NCBI GenBank assembly: GCA_019310785.1
Contig: JAFDDR010000001.1
Coordinates: 19,988-83,987 of the forward strand
Direction: 5' to 3'
Source: Deltaproteobacteria bacterium
GTDB taxonomy: Bacteria; Desulfobacterota; DSM-4660; Desulfatiglandales; Desulfatiglandaceae
Length of the DNA: 64,000 nt
Shown: positions 1 through 8,582 of the stretch, one piece after another
Layout of the letters: each line of letters starts with the position of its first letter
How positions within the stretch are numbered: the first letter of the stretch is position 1
Translations under genes and position numbers: made by a program
Notes under the pieces: model-generated
The model's input: only the letters and a program-made list of their open reading frames with translations
The model's database searches: none
Told to the model about the DNA's origin: nothing

Positions 1-22
1 TAGGCTAACCCCTTGATTTTAC

Positions 23-98
23 TGGTAGGGGTGAGAGGGTTCGAACCTCCGACCAATTGATTAAGAGTCAACTGCTCTGCCAGCTGAGCTACACCCCC
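23..98 (-). tRNA. tRNA-Lys (anticodon CTT)
   Basis: The reverse complement reads GGGGGTGTAGCTCAGCTGGCAGAGCAGTTGACTCTTAATCAATTGGTCGGAGGTTCGAACCCTCTCACCCCTACCA (76 nt). It has a 7-bp acceptor stem, a GTTCGAA T-loop, anticodon loop CT-CTT-AA and an encoded CCA. Confidence 0.9.
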
Positions 99-121
99 GT
101 AATTTCCATTTCAAAAAGCTA

Positions 122-198
<77 letters not shown>

Positions 199-393
199 CA
201 ATAAAGAAGTATATTTTTAGCAGCAATAGTATTTCATGTCAACAGGATTTCAACCAGCCCAGCAATTCTAATTATGATTAGAGGTTTACCACTAAGGACA
301 CGAAATACACGAAGTAAAAAAGTTGTTTAAAAAAGGGATATATGGCATTATCATTCCATTTTTAATCATTATTTCATTTAGGAGGGTATCAAA

Positions 394-1452
394 ATGAAAA
401 GATGTCTACTCAAAGCATCTTTGTTTGTCCTGGTGATGGCCGGCCTTGTCCTGCCTGACAATGCCATTGCTGAATCCAAATCTAAAATGCACATCAAATT
501 CAGCACCTGGCATCCACCCGTTTCCAGAGAGGTGAAAACGGTCTGGATACCAATGCTCGAAAAACTAAAAGAAGAAAGTCATGGCCGGATAACATACACC
601 CTGTATGCGGGCGGCGCTCTGGGAAAAGGCCCTGAACATTATGATATTGCAGCCAAGGGACTTTCCGACATGGGCTATTTTACGGCCACATGGACCCCCG
701 GTCGCTTTCCTCTGAGCGACGTACTGTCCCTGGCAGCCGCTGTAGATGGCAAAGACGTAGGTGTTGACATTGGAAACGCCATGTACAAACGTATCCTGAA
801 GCGGGAATTCCCGGGCGTGGAAATGATTGAATTGAACGGGTGTATTTCAGCCTACCTGTGGACCAGGAAACCCGTGAAAAGCCTTGAGGACTGCAAGGGA
901 CTCAGAATAAGATCGCCTGGCGGCCATCAGACCAATTACATCAAGGCCATTGGGGCCGAGCCGGTTTTCATGCCCTTAGGCGATGTCTACTTGGCCCTTG
1001 AAACAGGCACCATTGATGGTCTTGTAACCTGTCCGCCGTTGGTCCTTGCATTCAAACTCTATGAGGTCGCAAAATATGGGGCACTGTGCACCTTTGGCTG
1101 TGTTACCGAGGGTGTGATCATGAATGAAAAGAGCTGGAAGAAAACACCTGATGATCTGAAGCCGATTATCAAAAAGGTGTGCAGCAATCCATTTCGTACA
1201 ACAGGCGGGTTGAATCGCAACGTGTACAAGGTCATGATGAAGGAAATTGAGGGCAGGGGCGTCAATCTCTATACCTTGCCGGATCAGGAGGCAAATCGCT
1301 GGTACGCAGGATTTCAGGCCGAAACAAAAAAATGGGTAAAGGGTCTGGAGGCCAAGGGACTTCCCGCAAAAAAGACCGTAATTATGTACAATGAGGAATG
1401 CGAGAAGAGAGGTGTGAAATGTGTGGCATTTCCGCCCGAATGGAAGAAGTAA
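394..1452 (+). CDS. TRAP transporter substrate-binding protein (DctP family)
   Basis: 352-aa ORF with an N-terminal signal peptide (MKRCLLKASLFVLVMAGLVLPDNAIA). The sequence is DctP-family-like and the gene sits directly upstream of the small and large TRAP membrane components. Confidence 0.85.
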   Translation: MKRCLLKASLFVLVMAGLVLPDNAIAESKSKMHIKFSTWHPPVSREVKTVWIPMLEKLKEESHGRITYTLYAGGALGKGPEHYDIAAKGLSDMGYFTATWTPGRFPLSDVLSLAAAVDGKDVGVDIGNAMYKRILKREFPGVEMIELNGCISAYLWTRKPVKSLEDCKGLRIRSPGGHQTNYIKAIGAEPVFMPLGDVYLALETGTIDGLVTCPPLVLAFKLYEVAKYGALCTFGCVTEGVIMNEKSWKKTPDDLKPIIKKVCSNPFRTTGGLNRNVYKVMMKEIEGRGVNLYTLPDQEANRWYAGFQAETKKWVKGLEAKGLPAKKTVIMYNEECEKRGVKCVAFPPEWKK

Positions 1453-1985
1453 TGAAAGGATTAACAGCAATCAGAAAGATAATACAACGGATGACACTTT
1501 TTTTGTGTTACGGGGGCATGTTTCTGCTCATTCCCATGATGTTGCTCACAACCGGCGACGTGGTGTCCCGTACAATCTTCGGCCTGCATATCCCCGGCAC
1601 GGTAGAGCTGTCCAGCTACATGTTGGCCGTTTTTATCCTCTTAGGTGTTGCATACACGCACCAGGTAAAAGGGCATGTGCGTGTTTCGTTTCTTGTCTCT
1701 CGAATTCCCGAAAAAGCAGGATTAATAGTGGATATTGGCACCACCCTCCTGAGCCTTTTTATAATTGCCATATTGGCATGGCAGGGCTGGGTTTTAGGAA
1801 CAGGAGAAAAAACGGTTTCAGACATGCTGAGGATCCCCCAGTTGCCTTTCAGGCTGCTTGTATCGGTAGCAGCCTTTTTCCTTTGCCTGGAACTCTTGAT
1901 TGACCTGTGGGTTTGCGCAGGAAAACTTTTTGGGGTCCGGCAGGGAACTTCGGCTGGGAACTCATTAGCGTCCATCCATAAATAA
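1452..1985 (+). CDS. TRAP transporter small permease (DctQ family)
   Basis: The ATG at 1452 shares one nt with the receptor TAA stop (taATG). The 177-aa hydrophobic protein has about 4 TM segments and sits between the DctP-like and DctM-like genes. The track ORF starts earlier (1398) inside the upstream gene. Confidence 0.8.
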   Translation: MKGLTAIRKIIQRMTLFLCYGGMFLLIPMMLLTTGDVVSRTIFGLHIPGTVELSSYMLAVFILLGVAYTHQVKGHVRVSFLVSRIPEKAGLIVDIGTTLLSLFIIAILAWQGWVLGTGEKTVSDMLRIPQLPFRLLVSVAAFFLCLELLIDLWVCAGKLFGVRQGTSAGNSLASIHK

Positions 1986-2090
1986 CCAATTTCCGGATGG
2001 AGCTTTCAGCGGTCAGCAATCAGCCAATACCTTGTTTTTAGTGTCCTTTGCTGAAAGCCGAAAGCTGATGGCTGATAGCGCGAATCCAAA
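1971..2090 (+). repeat. 120-bp intergenic repeat, copy A (family 1, GCTTTCAGC/GCTGAAAGC stutter)
   Basis: About 90 percent identical by eye to the reverse complement of 18801-18920. It fills the dctQ-dctM gap and overlaps the last codons and stop of dctQ. Confidence 0.85.
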
Positions 2091-2139
2091 AACGTTAGTT
2101 TATGGATGAGCACTAATTTAGGAGATAATAAAAACAAAA

Positions 2140-3447
2140 TTGGATCCGGTAATTGCAGGTATAATCGGCACGATTCTCGTTTTTCTCCTGCTGTTCTTGG
2201 GAATGCCCATAGCATTTGCGTTGATGTTTGTGGGATTTGCTGGAATCGCTTATCTGTCTTCTATGGAGGCGGCGCTGCCGGTCGTCGCGAGGACGGTCTA
2301 TGGGGTTTCGGCCTATTATCCTTACACGGTCATCCCTCTCTTTATAGTTATGGGCGGGTTCGCCGGCAGCTCCGGCATGACCCGGGAACTGTATACGACC
2401 TTTGACAAATGGCTGCGCAGGTTGCCCGGGGGCCTGAGCATAGCGACCATTGGCGCCTGTGCCGGGTTTGCCGCGGTGTCCGGTTCATCTGTTGCTACGG
2501 CAGCCACCATGGGGACAGTTGCCCTTCCCGAAATGAAACGATTTAACTATCATCCGAGGCTTGCAACAGGGAGTATTGCCGCGGGTGGGACCCTGGGTTT
2601 TCTGATCCCACCCAGTATCGGGTTTGTGGTCTATGGAATGCTGACGGAGCAGTCCATCGGTAAACTCCTTATTGCCGGCATGATCCCGGGTTTGATCCTT
2701 GCGTTAGCCTATATAGGGATCATCATTGTCTGGGTAAAACTGAACCCGAGTCTTGCCCCGGCAAGTCCCGAAGCAGTCGGCTGGGGTGAAAAGTTCTCTT
2801 CACTTTTAGGCGTATGGGAACCGCTGGCCATCTTTTTTTTGGTGATGGGCGGCATATACTTGGGCTTTTTCACGCCTACCGAAGCCGGTGCGATCGGAGC
2901 GACGGTTCTTTTCCTGGTTGCCTTAATAAAGAGAAAACTGGGATGGGAGAACCTGACAGGGGCGCTAAAAGAGGCCGTGCGCATTTCGGTTATGGTCCTG
3001 TTCCTTGTAGCAGGGGCCAATGTGTTCAGTTACTTTCTGGCACTGTCAACAATTCCCGTAAAGGTAGCGGCATGGGCCGCCGGTCTTGATGTATCGCCAT
3101 ACCTGATTCATGCAATTATTGTCGTAATATATCTATTTTTAGGTTGTTTCCTTGATGCCATATCCATGATGGTATTGACCATGCCGGTCATTTTTCCGGT
3201 CGTACTGGCTTTAGGCTTCGATCCTATCTGGTTCGGCGTCATCGCGGTACTGATGATGGAGGCAGGGCTGATAACCCCGCCAATGGGGCTAAATATTTAT
3301 ACCGTGGCCGGAGTGGCAAAGGACACGCCTGTGGAAACCATTTTCCGTGGTGTTGCCCCTTTTCTCTTGGCAATATTTGTCATCGTATTTATCATTACAC
3401 TTTTTCCCGGGATTGTCCTTTTCCTTCCCGAGATGATGCTGAAGTAA
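2140..3447 (+). CDS. TRAP transporter large permease (DctM family)
   Basis: 435-aa polytopic membrane protein with DctM-like sequence throughout. The only in-frame start near the N-terminus is TTG at 2140, so the start is less certain than the call. Confidence 0.88.
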   Translation: MDPVIAGIIGTILVFLLLFLGMPIAFALMFVGFAGIAYLSSMEAALPVVARTVYGVSAYYPYTVIPLFIVMGGFAGSSGMTRELYTTFDKWLRRLPGGLSIATIGACAGFAAVSGSSVATAATMGTVALPEMKRFNYHPRLATGSIAAGGTLGFLIPPSIGFVVYGMLTEQSIGKLLIAGMIPGLILALAYIGIIIVWVKLNPSLAPASPEAVGWGEKFSSLLGVWEPLAIFFLVMGGIYLGFFTPTEAGAIGATVLFLVALIKRKLGWENLTGALKEAVRISVMVLFLVAGANVFSYFLALSTIPVKVAAWAAGLDVSPYLIHAIIVVIYLFLGCFLDAISMMVLTMPVIFPVVLALGFDPIWFGVIAVLMMEAGLITPPMGLNIYTVAGVAKDTPVETIFRGVAPFLLAIFVIVFIITLFPGIVLFLPEMMLK

Positions 3448-3464
3448 AGGAGGAGTAGACAACA

Positions 3465-4094
3465 ATGGACAGTGCCAGCGGAAAGACAGGAGTCATTGTG
3501 ACGGATGTCCAGGGAGATTTCACCACATGGAAAGAGGGATCACTGGCAGTCAATGGCGCAGATCAAGCCTTTGTTCATAAAGTACAGAACGCTACCGAGA
3601 CCCTCGCCAAGAAAGGCTGCCTTATCTTCGGCATACAGGATTGGCACCCCGCAGATCACGTCTCCTTTTTTACAAATCATCCGGGGAAAAATGCCTTTGA
3701 GGTTATAAAGATCGAGGGAAGGACCCAGATCCTGTGGCCCCCCCATTGCATACAGGGAACGGAGAATGCGAGGATCCTTGTGGACAATAACCTCTTCATG
3801 GCCATCGTGAAAAAGGGGAAAGACCCGAGGTATGACAGCTACTCCGGTTTTCAGGACGACGGGGGAACCGAAACAGAGATGGATTCCATTCTCAAGAGAA
3901 ACGGGATTGAAAAGGTTATCGTCTACGGGCTCGCAACCGACTATTGCGTCAAGGCAACGGCCATAGATGCGGCCAATGCCGGGTACAAGGTCACAGTTGT
4001 AGAAGGCTTATGCAGGGGCGTGGCACCTGATACAACTGAGAGCGCGCTGAAGGAATTGAAAGACAGAGGGGTAACGATCCTAAAAGAACTGTAA
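3465..4094 (+). CDS. pncA: nicotinamidase/pyrazinamidase (isochorismatase family)
   Basis: 209 aa with DVQGDF, WPPHCIQGT and YGLATDYCVKATAIDA motifs typical of PncA. An AAGGAGG Shine-Dalgarno (SD) lies just upstream, and the gene starts 17 nt after the dctM stop. Confidence 0.85.
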   Translation: MDSASGKTGVIVTDVQGDFTTWKEGSLAVNGADQAFVHKVQNATETLAKKGCLIFGIQDWHPADHVSFFTNHPGKNAFEVIKIEGRTQILWPPHCIQGTENARILVDNNLFMAIVKKGKDPRYDSYSGFQDDGGTETEMDSILKRNGIEKVIVYGLATDYCVKATAIDAANAGYKVTVVEGLCRGVAPDTTESALKELKDRGVTILKEL

Positions 4095-4174
4095 GAATTG
4101 TAGGCTCGTCAATTGATTTCTCATTTGCACGCAACGCATATTCGCAACTGAGATATGATAATTTGGCGGGTCTA

Positions 4175-4390
4175 AATTACAAATCACAATAATCAAATTA
4201 CAAGTAAATTCCAAACTCCAAGCACCAAATTTCAAATACCATGCCAAAGGCAGGCAAAAATCTCAAGCTACAATACCCAACACGCGGCGCAAGCGCCTGC
4301 GCTGCGCGTGATCAAAACCGTTTGTTATTTCGAATTTTGGTAATTGTTATTTGTTTGTTATTTGGGATTTGTTATTTGAGATTTATTTCG
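4175..4390. repeat. palindromic stutter repeat, family 2 copy 1 (CAAAT/ATTTG-rich arms around a GC-rich core)
   Basis: It shares CAAACTCCAAGCACCAAAT and GTTATTTGGGATTTGTTATTTG blocks with 38236-38395. The left arm (AAATTACAAATCACAATAATCAAATTACAAG...) mirrors the right arm (...TTGTTATTTGGGATTTGTTATTTGAGATTT). The central core is ACGCGGCGCAAGCGCCTGCGCTGCGCGT. Confidence 0.8.
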
Positions 4391-4533
4391 TATTCTGCTT
4401 TAGAATATCTTTAGCCTCCTGCCTATTGGGTGAGTGGGGCGTCACAATTAGTTGAGCAGATACAAGGAGCCTTATCCTGGGTAAACGCAATCATCAGATT
4501 AAGATAGACAGCTTAAGCCGCTTCCTGGTCTAT

Positions 4534-5235
4534 ATGCTTGGCCACAGGCCGTATGAATTCGGGCTGGTACCGGACATGGACGGGTTTGTTACATACAAAG
4601 AGCTGCTCCAGGCCATTCATGAAGAACCGGGCTGGCATTACGTGAGACAATCCCATATAAATGAAGTTCTTCTGAGCAAGGACAGGTCCCTGTTCCAGCC
4701 GACGGAAAAACATATCCGGGTCATGGAAATAAAATGGCAAATGGACCGGGATCGTCCCTCAAACATATTGCCAAAAATACTCTTTACCCCGGTGAGGAGA
4801 AAGGCCCATCCCGTGGTCATGGAAAAGGGCCTGAAACCGGCCGAGGGCAAAAATATTGTCCTTTCCCCTGATCACGACATGATCCTTCGGATCGGAAAAC
4901 GCCGCGATCAAAAACCTGTACTTCTGGAGATTATGGCTGCATCAGCACAGAGTAAGGATATCCTGTTCTATTCCTTTGGCGACCTGTTCTTATGCCCCGG
5001 GATCCCTGCCGGATTTATCGCCGGACCCCAGGTCTCAAAGGAAGTACTGGAAAGCCTGCGGGCTGCTGCAGAAGCAAAAAAAGAGGCAGCCAAACCGAAA
5101 CCCACAGACTTCACTCCCGGTACCTTCGTTTTAGATCCGTCTAAGGATCCTGATCTTCAACGACGGGCCAAGGGGAAAAAACCCAAGGGATGGAAGGAAG
5201 AGGCCAGGAAGGTCAGAAAACGTAAACGGCGGTGA
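4534..5235 (+). CDS. Tpt1/KptA-like (RNA 2'-phosphotransferase fold) protein with degenerate active site and polybasic C-terminal tail
   Basis: By eye, SRFLVYMLGHRPYEFGLVPDMDGFVTYKELL aligns to the KptA N-terminus [24 protein letters not shown]. The conserved SRFLVY lies upstream of the first ATG (4534), and the frame is open back to 4456. An AAGGAG SD sits at 4464-4469, so the true start is probably CTG 4477 (or ATC 4474, or ATT 4498). The tail reads RRAKGKKPKGWKEEARKVRKRKRR. Confidence 0.6.
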   Translation: MLGHRPYEFGLVPDMDGFVTYKELLQAIHEEPGWHYVRQSHINEVLLSKDRSLFQPTEKHIRVMEIKWQMDRDRPSNILPKILFTPVRRKAHPVVMEKGLKPAEGKNIVLSPDHDMILRIGKRRDQKPVLLEIMAASAQSKDILFYSFGDLFLCPGIPAGFIAGPQVSKEVLESLRAAAEAKKEAAKPKPTDFTPGTFVLDPSKDPDLQRRAKGKKPKGWKEEARKVRKRKRR

Positions 5236-5304
5236 GCTGTTGACATGCCTAAGCCATTTTTCTATTATTGAATTACGATTTTTTGTCATCAGGAGACGTT
5301 CCAT

Positions 5305-6744
5305 ATGTGGACACAGTTGGCCTTACAGACAGATCTTTATCAACTTACCATGGTGGGAGGGTACGTTCATGAGGGAAAGAAGGATCAGTGGGCTACTTTT
5401 GATTATTTTTTCCGCAGTATCCCCGATGATGGGGGTTATTGCGTACTGGCCGGCCTGGCCGACGTGATAGAGTACATACGGAGACTCCGCTTCAACAAGA
5501 AAGACCTCTCTTATCTCGATGGTCTTGGCATCTTTTCCGATGAGGTCTTGGAATACCTCGATAATTTTAAATTTACCGGGGACCTGTGTGCCATTCCCGA
5601 GGGAACTGTGGTATTTCCCCATGAACCATTGATCCGGGTGACCGCCCCCCTGCCCGAGGCCCAGATAATCGAGAGCGCACTGCTCAACATAATGAACTTC
5701 CAGACCCTCATTGCCACTAAAGGGGCCCGGGTAAACTGGGCTGCTCACGGGGATCCGGTGATGGATTTTGGCCTTCGAAGGGCCCATGGACCGGACGGCG
5801 CTTTGATGGCGTCCCGCGCCGCTTATGTGGGTGGCGTGGATGCAACCTCCAATGTGTTAGCGGGACGAATCTACGGCATTCCCGTCAGGGGGACACACGC
5901 CCACTCCTGGGTTGAGAGTTTCCCCAGCGAGTTGGAGGCATTCCGCGCCTACGCCAAAGTATATCCCGATGCCTGTCTACTTTTAGCCGATACTTACGAT
6001 ACGCTCCAAAGCGGCGTGCCTAATGCCATTCAGGTGGGACGTGAGTTAAGGAAAAAGGGCCATGAACTCCTTGGCATTCGCTTAGACAGCGGTGACCTGG
6101 CCTATCTGAGTAAGGAGGCCAGGAAAATGCTTGATGAGGCAGGCTTTCCTGATGCCGCTATCGTGGCCTCCAGCGATCTGGATGAATTGATTATAGAGAG
6201 TCTTAAGAGACAGGGATCTCGGATAAATATCTGGGGGGTTGGAACACGTCTCGTTACATCTTTCTCATACCCTGCTCTCGGTGGCGTCTATAAACTGACT
6301 GCCCTCGATGACGGGAAAGGAATGGAACCCAAGATTAAGCGCTCAGATAATCCCGAAAAAATTACCAATCCAGGGCTCAAAAAGGTGGCCAGGATCTACG
6401 ACCAGAGAGGAAGAATGAGAGGCGATGTGCTGTTTCTGGATGAGGAGGAAATCCCTATGGGACGCTCTTTCCGTGCATATCATCCCCTGTTCTCACATGT
6501 TTTCAAGACTTATCCAAAACGTTTCAAGATCAGGGAACTCATGATGCCCATATTTCAAGAGGGGGAATTGGTCTACAAGAGCCCTTCTGTCAAAGCGATC
6601 CGGGAAAATACCATGAAAAACCTGAAGCAATTAGATGCCGCTTACAAGCGTTTTCGTAATCCCCATACTTATCATGTGAGTCTTAGTCCTTCTCTCTTTA
6701 AAATCAAACAACGCCTGCTGCGTGAGGCCGCAAGACGGAAATAA
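5305..6744 (+). CDS. pncB: nicotinate phosphoribosyltransferase
   Basis: 479 aa. The N-terminal TDLYQLTM motif and overall NAPRTase-like sequence support the call. Confidence 0.88.
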   Translation: MWTQLALQTDLYQLTMVGGYVHEGKKDQWATFDYFFRSIPDDGGYCVLAGLADVIEYIRRLRFNKKDLSYLDGLGIFSDEVLEYLDNFKFTGDLCAIPEGTVVFPHEPLIRVTAPLPEAQIIESALLNIMNFQTLIATKGARVNWAAHGDPVMDFGLRRAHGPDGALMASRAAYVGGVDATSNVLAGRIYGIPVRGTHAHSWVESFPSELEAFRAYAKVYPDACLLLADTYDTLQSGVPNAIQVGRELRKKGHELLGIRLDSGDLAYLSKEARKMLDEAGFPDAAIVASSDLDELIIESLKRQGSRINIWGVGTRLVTSFSYPALGGVYKLTALDDGKGMEPKIKRSDNPEKITNPGLKKVARIYDQRGRMRGDVLFLDEEEIPMGRSFRAYHPLFSHVFKTYPKRFKIRELMMPIFQEGELVYKSPSVKAIRENTMKNLKQLDAAYKRFRNPHTYHVSLSPSLFKIKQRLLREAARRK

Positions 6745-6759
6745 ACATCTTTTAATCCT

Positions 6760-8076
6760 TCACTCTTCCCTCTGCAACCTGCCTGTCACTTTACCATTCT
6801 CAACCCTCTCCATGTTCACGGGAACAAGCCTGCCTTTCATATCTTTGTCAGAGGGAAAAACCACCGGCAGGTAATTGTCACTCATGCCCTGAACCATGTT
6901 TTTTTCTGCTGAATGGCATTTTTCTGCAAGAACTAAAAAGTCCTTGTTCAGGCAACTGTGATAAAATGCATTTCTCTTGATCTGCCCCAGATTTCTCAAT
7001 TCTGCGGCCCTTTTCTTGATTTCCCCTGGGTCCAATTGGCCTTCAAAATCGGATGCCTCGGTTCCCGGTCTAACTGAAAATGGGAAGACATGGAGATATG
7101 ACACGGGCAAATCTTTGATTAGGGAGCATGTGTTTTTATGGGCCGCCTTAGCCTCACCCGGAAAACCGGAAATGATATCAACTCCCATGGCGGCCAGTGG
7201 GATTCTTTCATAAATGGTTTCAACCAATTTAGCAAACGCCCGTATTGTGTAATTTCGATTCATCCTTTTCAGTATTTCGTCATCACCGCTCTGAAGAGAT
7301 ATATGGAAATGCCTGCAGAGCCATTTTTCAGATGCGGCCATGTCTATAAGTTCTTCGTCTATTTCATCAGGATGCAGGGAACTGAGCCTTATGCGAACGG
7401 GGAAACCTTCCCTTCCGAGAGATCGAAGCAGCCCATTAAGATTCATTCCTCCCATGAGATCCATGCCGTACTTTCCGAGATGAATTCCGGTCAGGACAAT
7501 CTCCCTGTAGCCCTCACCTGCTAAGGATTCGACCATGGATAAAACCTTTGAATGCGGGAGACTCCTGTAGGGACCCCTGGCAAAAGGGACAATGCAATAG
7601 GTACAAAATGCTTGACAACCGTCCTGGATTTTCAGGTTGGCGCGGGTTCGACCGGGAAACCGCTTTATCGGAAGAGACTCAAAGTCCATTTTCGGATCAA
7701 AATCCTTCAGTACAACGGTTTTCTGTCCCGATTCCGCTGCATTTAAGAGAAGTCCGGGAAGTTCACCTTTTGCCCTGTTGTCCGCGATCAGCCCAATCCC
7801 CTGGATCCGGGTAAGCTCATCAGGGAAAACCTGGGCATAACACCCGACAGCCGCGACCATGCCTTCAGGGTTCTCCCTGATTGCCTTTCTTATGGCCTGT
7901 CTTGACTGGTGGGAAGCCCTTTGTGTTACGATACAAGTATTTATAACAGCTATGTCCGCCCTCTCTCCCTTGAGCGCCCGGCGCAATCCTGCATGAGTAA
8001 GTGCCTCACTGAGATATGCGGATTCATACTGATTGACCCTGCATCCGAGTGTTATGATTTCAAAGGATTTGGGCAT
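6760..8076 (-). CDS. mtaB: radical SAM methylthiotransferase, MtaB-like (MiaB/RimO family)
   Basis: 438 aa with an N-terminal UPF0004 domain (ITLGCRVNQYES), a radical SAM CQAFCTYC cluster motif and a C-terminal TRAM-like segment. Confidence 0.8.
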   Translation of the reverse strand: MPKSFEIITLGCRVNQYESAYLSEALTHAGLRRALKGERADIAVINTCIVTQRASHQSRQAIRKAIRENPEGMVAAVGCYAQVFPDELTRIQGIGLIADNRAKGELPGLLLNAAESGQKTVVLKDFDPKMDFESLPIKRFPGRTRANLKIQDGCQAFCTYCIVPFARGPYRSLPHSKVLSMVESLAGEGYREIVLTGIHLGKYGMDLMGGMNLNGLLRSLGREGFPVRIRLSSLHPDEIDEELIDMAASEKWLCRHFHISLQSGDDEILKRMNRNYTIRAFAKLVETIYERIPLAAMGVDIISGFPGEAKAAHKNTCSLIKDLPVSYLHVFPFSVRPGTEASDFEGQLDPGEIKKRAAELRNLGQIKRNAFYHSCLNKDFLVLAEKCHSAEKNMVQGMSDNYLPVVFPSDKDMKGRLVPVNMERVENGKVTGRLQREE

Positions 8077-8314
8077 TTGTTAACCTGGTGATGGTTTACT
8101 GAAAATTAAATCACATCCTTTTTTAAGCTGAAGGCTGAACGCATATCGCCAAGAGCTTCCTGTTTGAGCGTTAATCCAATTAAGGTAATATGCAATTTTA
8201 TTTAAGAAATCAATCAGGAAGGGACACAATCTGTTATTTGCACTTCCATTTAAGCTGTGATAAACTTTGCAGGTATTTAAAATTGATGAAAGAGCGTTGC
8301 AAAGGGGGATTTCG

Positions 8315-8539
8315 GTGGAAGATGCGAATGAAAGCAAGGAGCTATCCAGGAAATTTGATATTGTGCTGGAAATGGAGAAGGCTTTAGATGAAATGGACAA
8401 AGCATTCGATTTAGATGATATTGATGATGTTTCGGAATCAATTTCTTATATAAAATTTCTGGTAAAAGACCTGGATGATATCTTTTCAGGAGAATACGAA
8501 AATTTGAGATACAGAGAGTTTATTTTTAGAAGAAAATGA
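8315..8539 (+). CDS. hypothetical small acidic protein
   Basis: 74 codons from a GTG preceded by an AGGGGG SD-like sequence, in an AT-rich spacer. The protein is very acidic (DEMDKAFDLDDIDDVSES). I recognise no homolog, and it could be non-coding. Confidence 0.25.
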   Translation: MEDANESKELSRKFDIVLEMEKALDEMDKAFDLDDIDDVSESISYIKFLVKDLDDIFSGEYENLRYREFIFRRK

Positions 8540-8582
8540 GGGAATTAGGAAACATTACCTATCCCAGCACCGATGCCGGTGC

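Noticed and set aside
976-1470. Long antisense or alternate-frame ORFs inside confident genes. Examples are 976-1470(-), 1421-1903(+), 5323-5787(-), 11532-12005(-), 15679-16338(+), 30025-30567(-), 32107-32562(-), 51506-52033(-), 54039-54731(-), 57077-57484(+) and 60948-61535(+).
   Set aside because: Each lies within a CDS that has clear family-level sequence on the other strand or frame. Their translations are low-complexity (Arg/Ser/Pro-rich) with no recognisable motifs.
2006-2215. Track ORFs generated by repeat elements (2006-2215(-), 38207-38407(+) and 60316-60561(-))
   Set aside because: They coincide with the intergenic repeat families, and their reading frames are not conserved between repeat copies.
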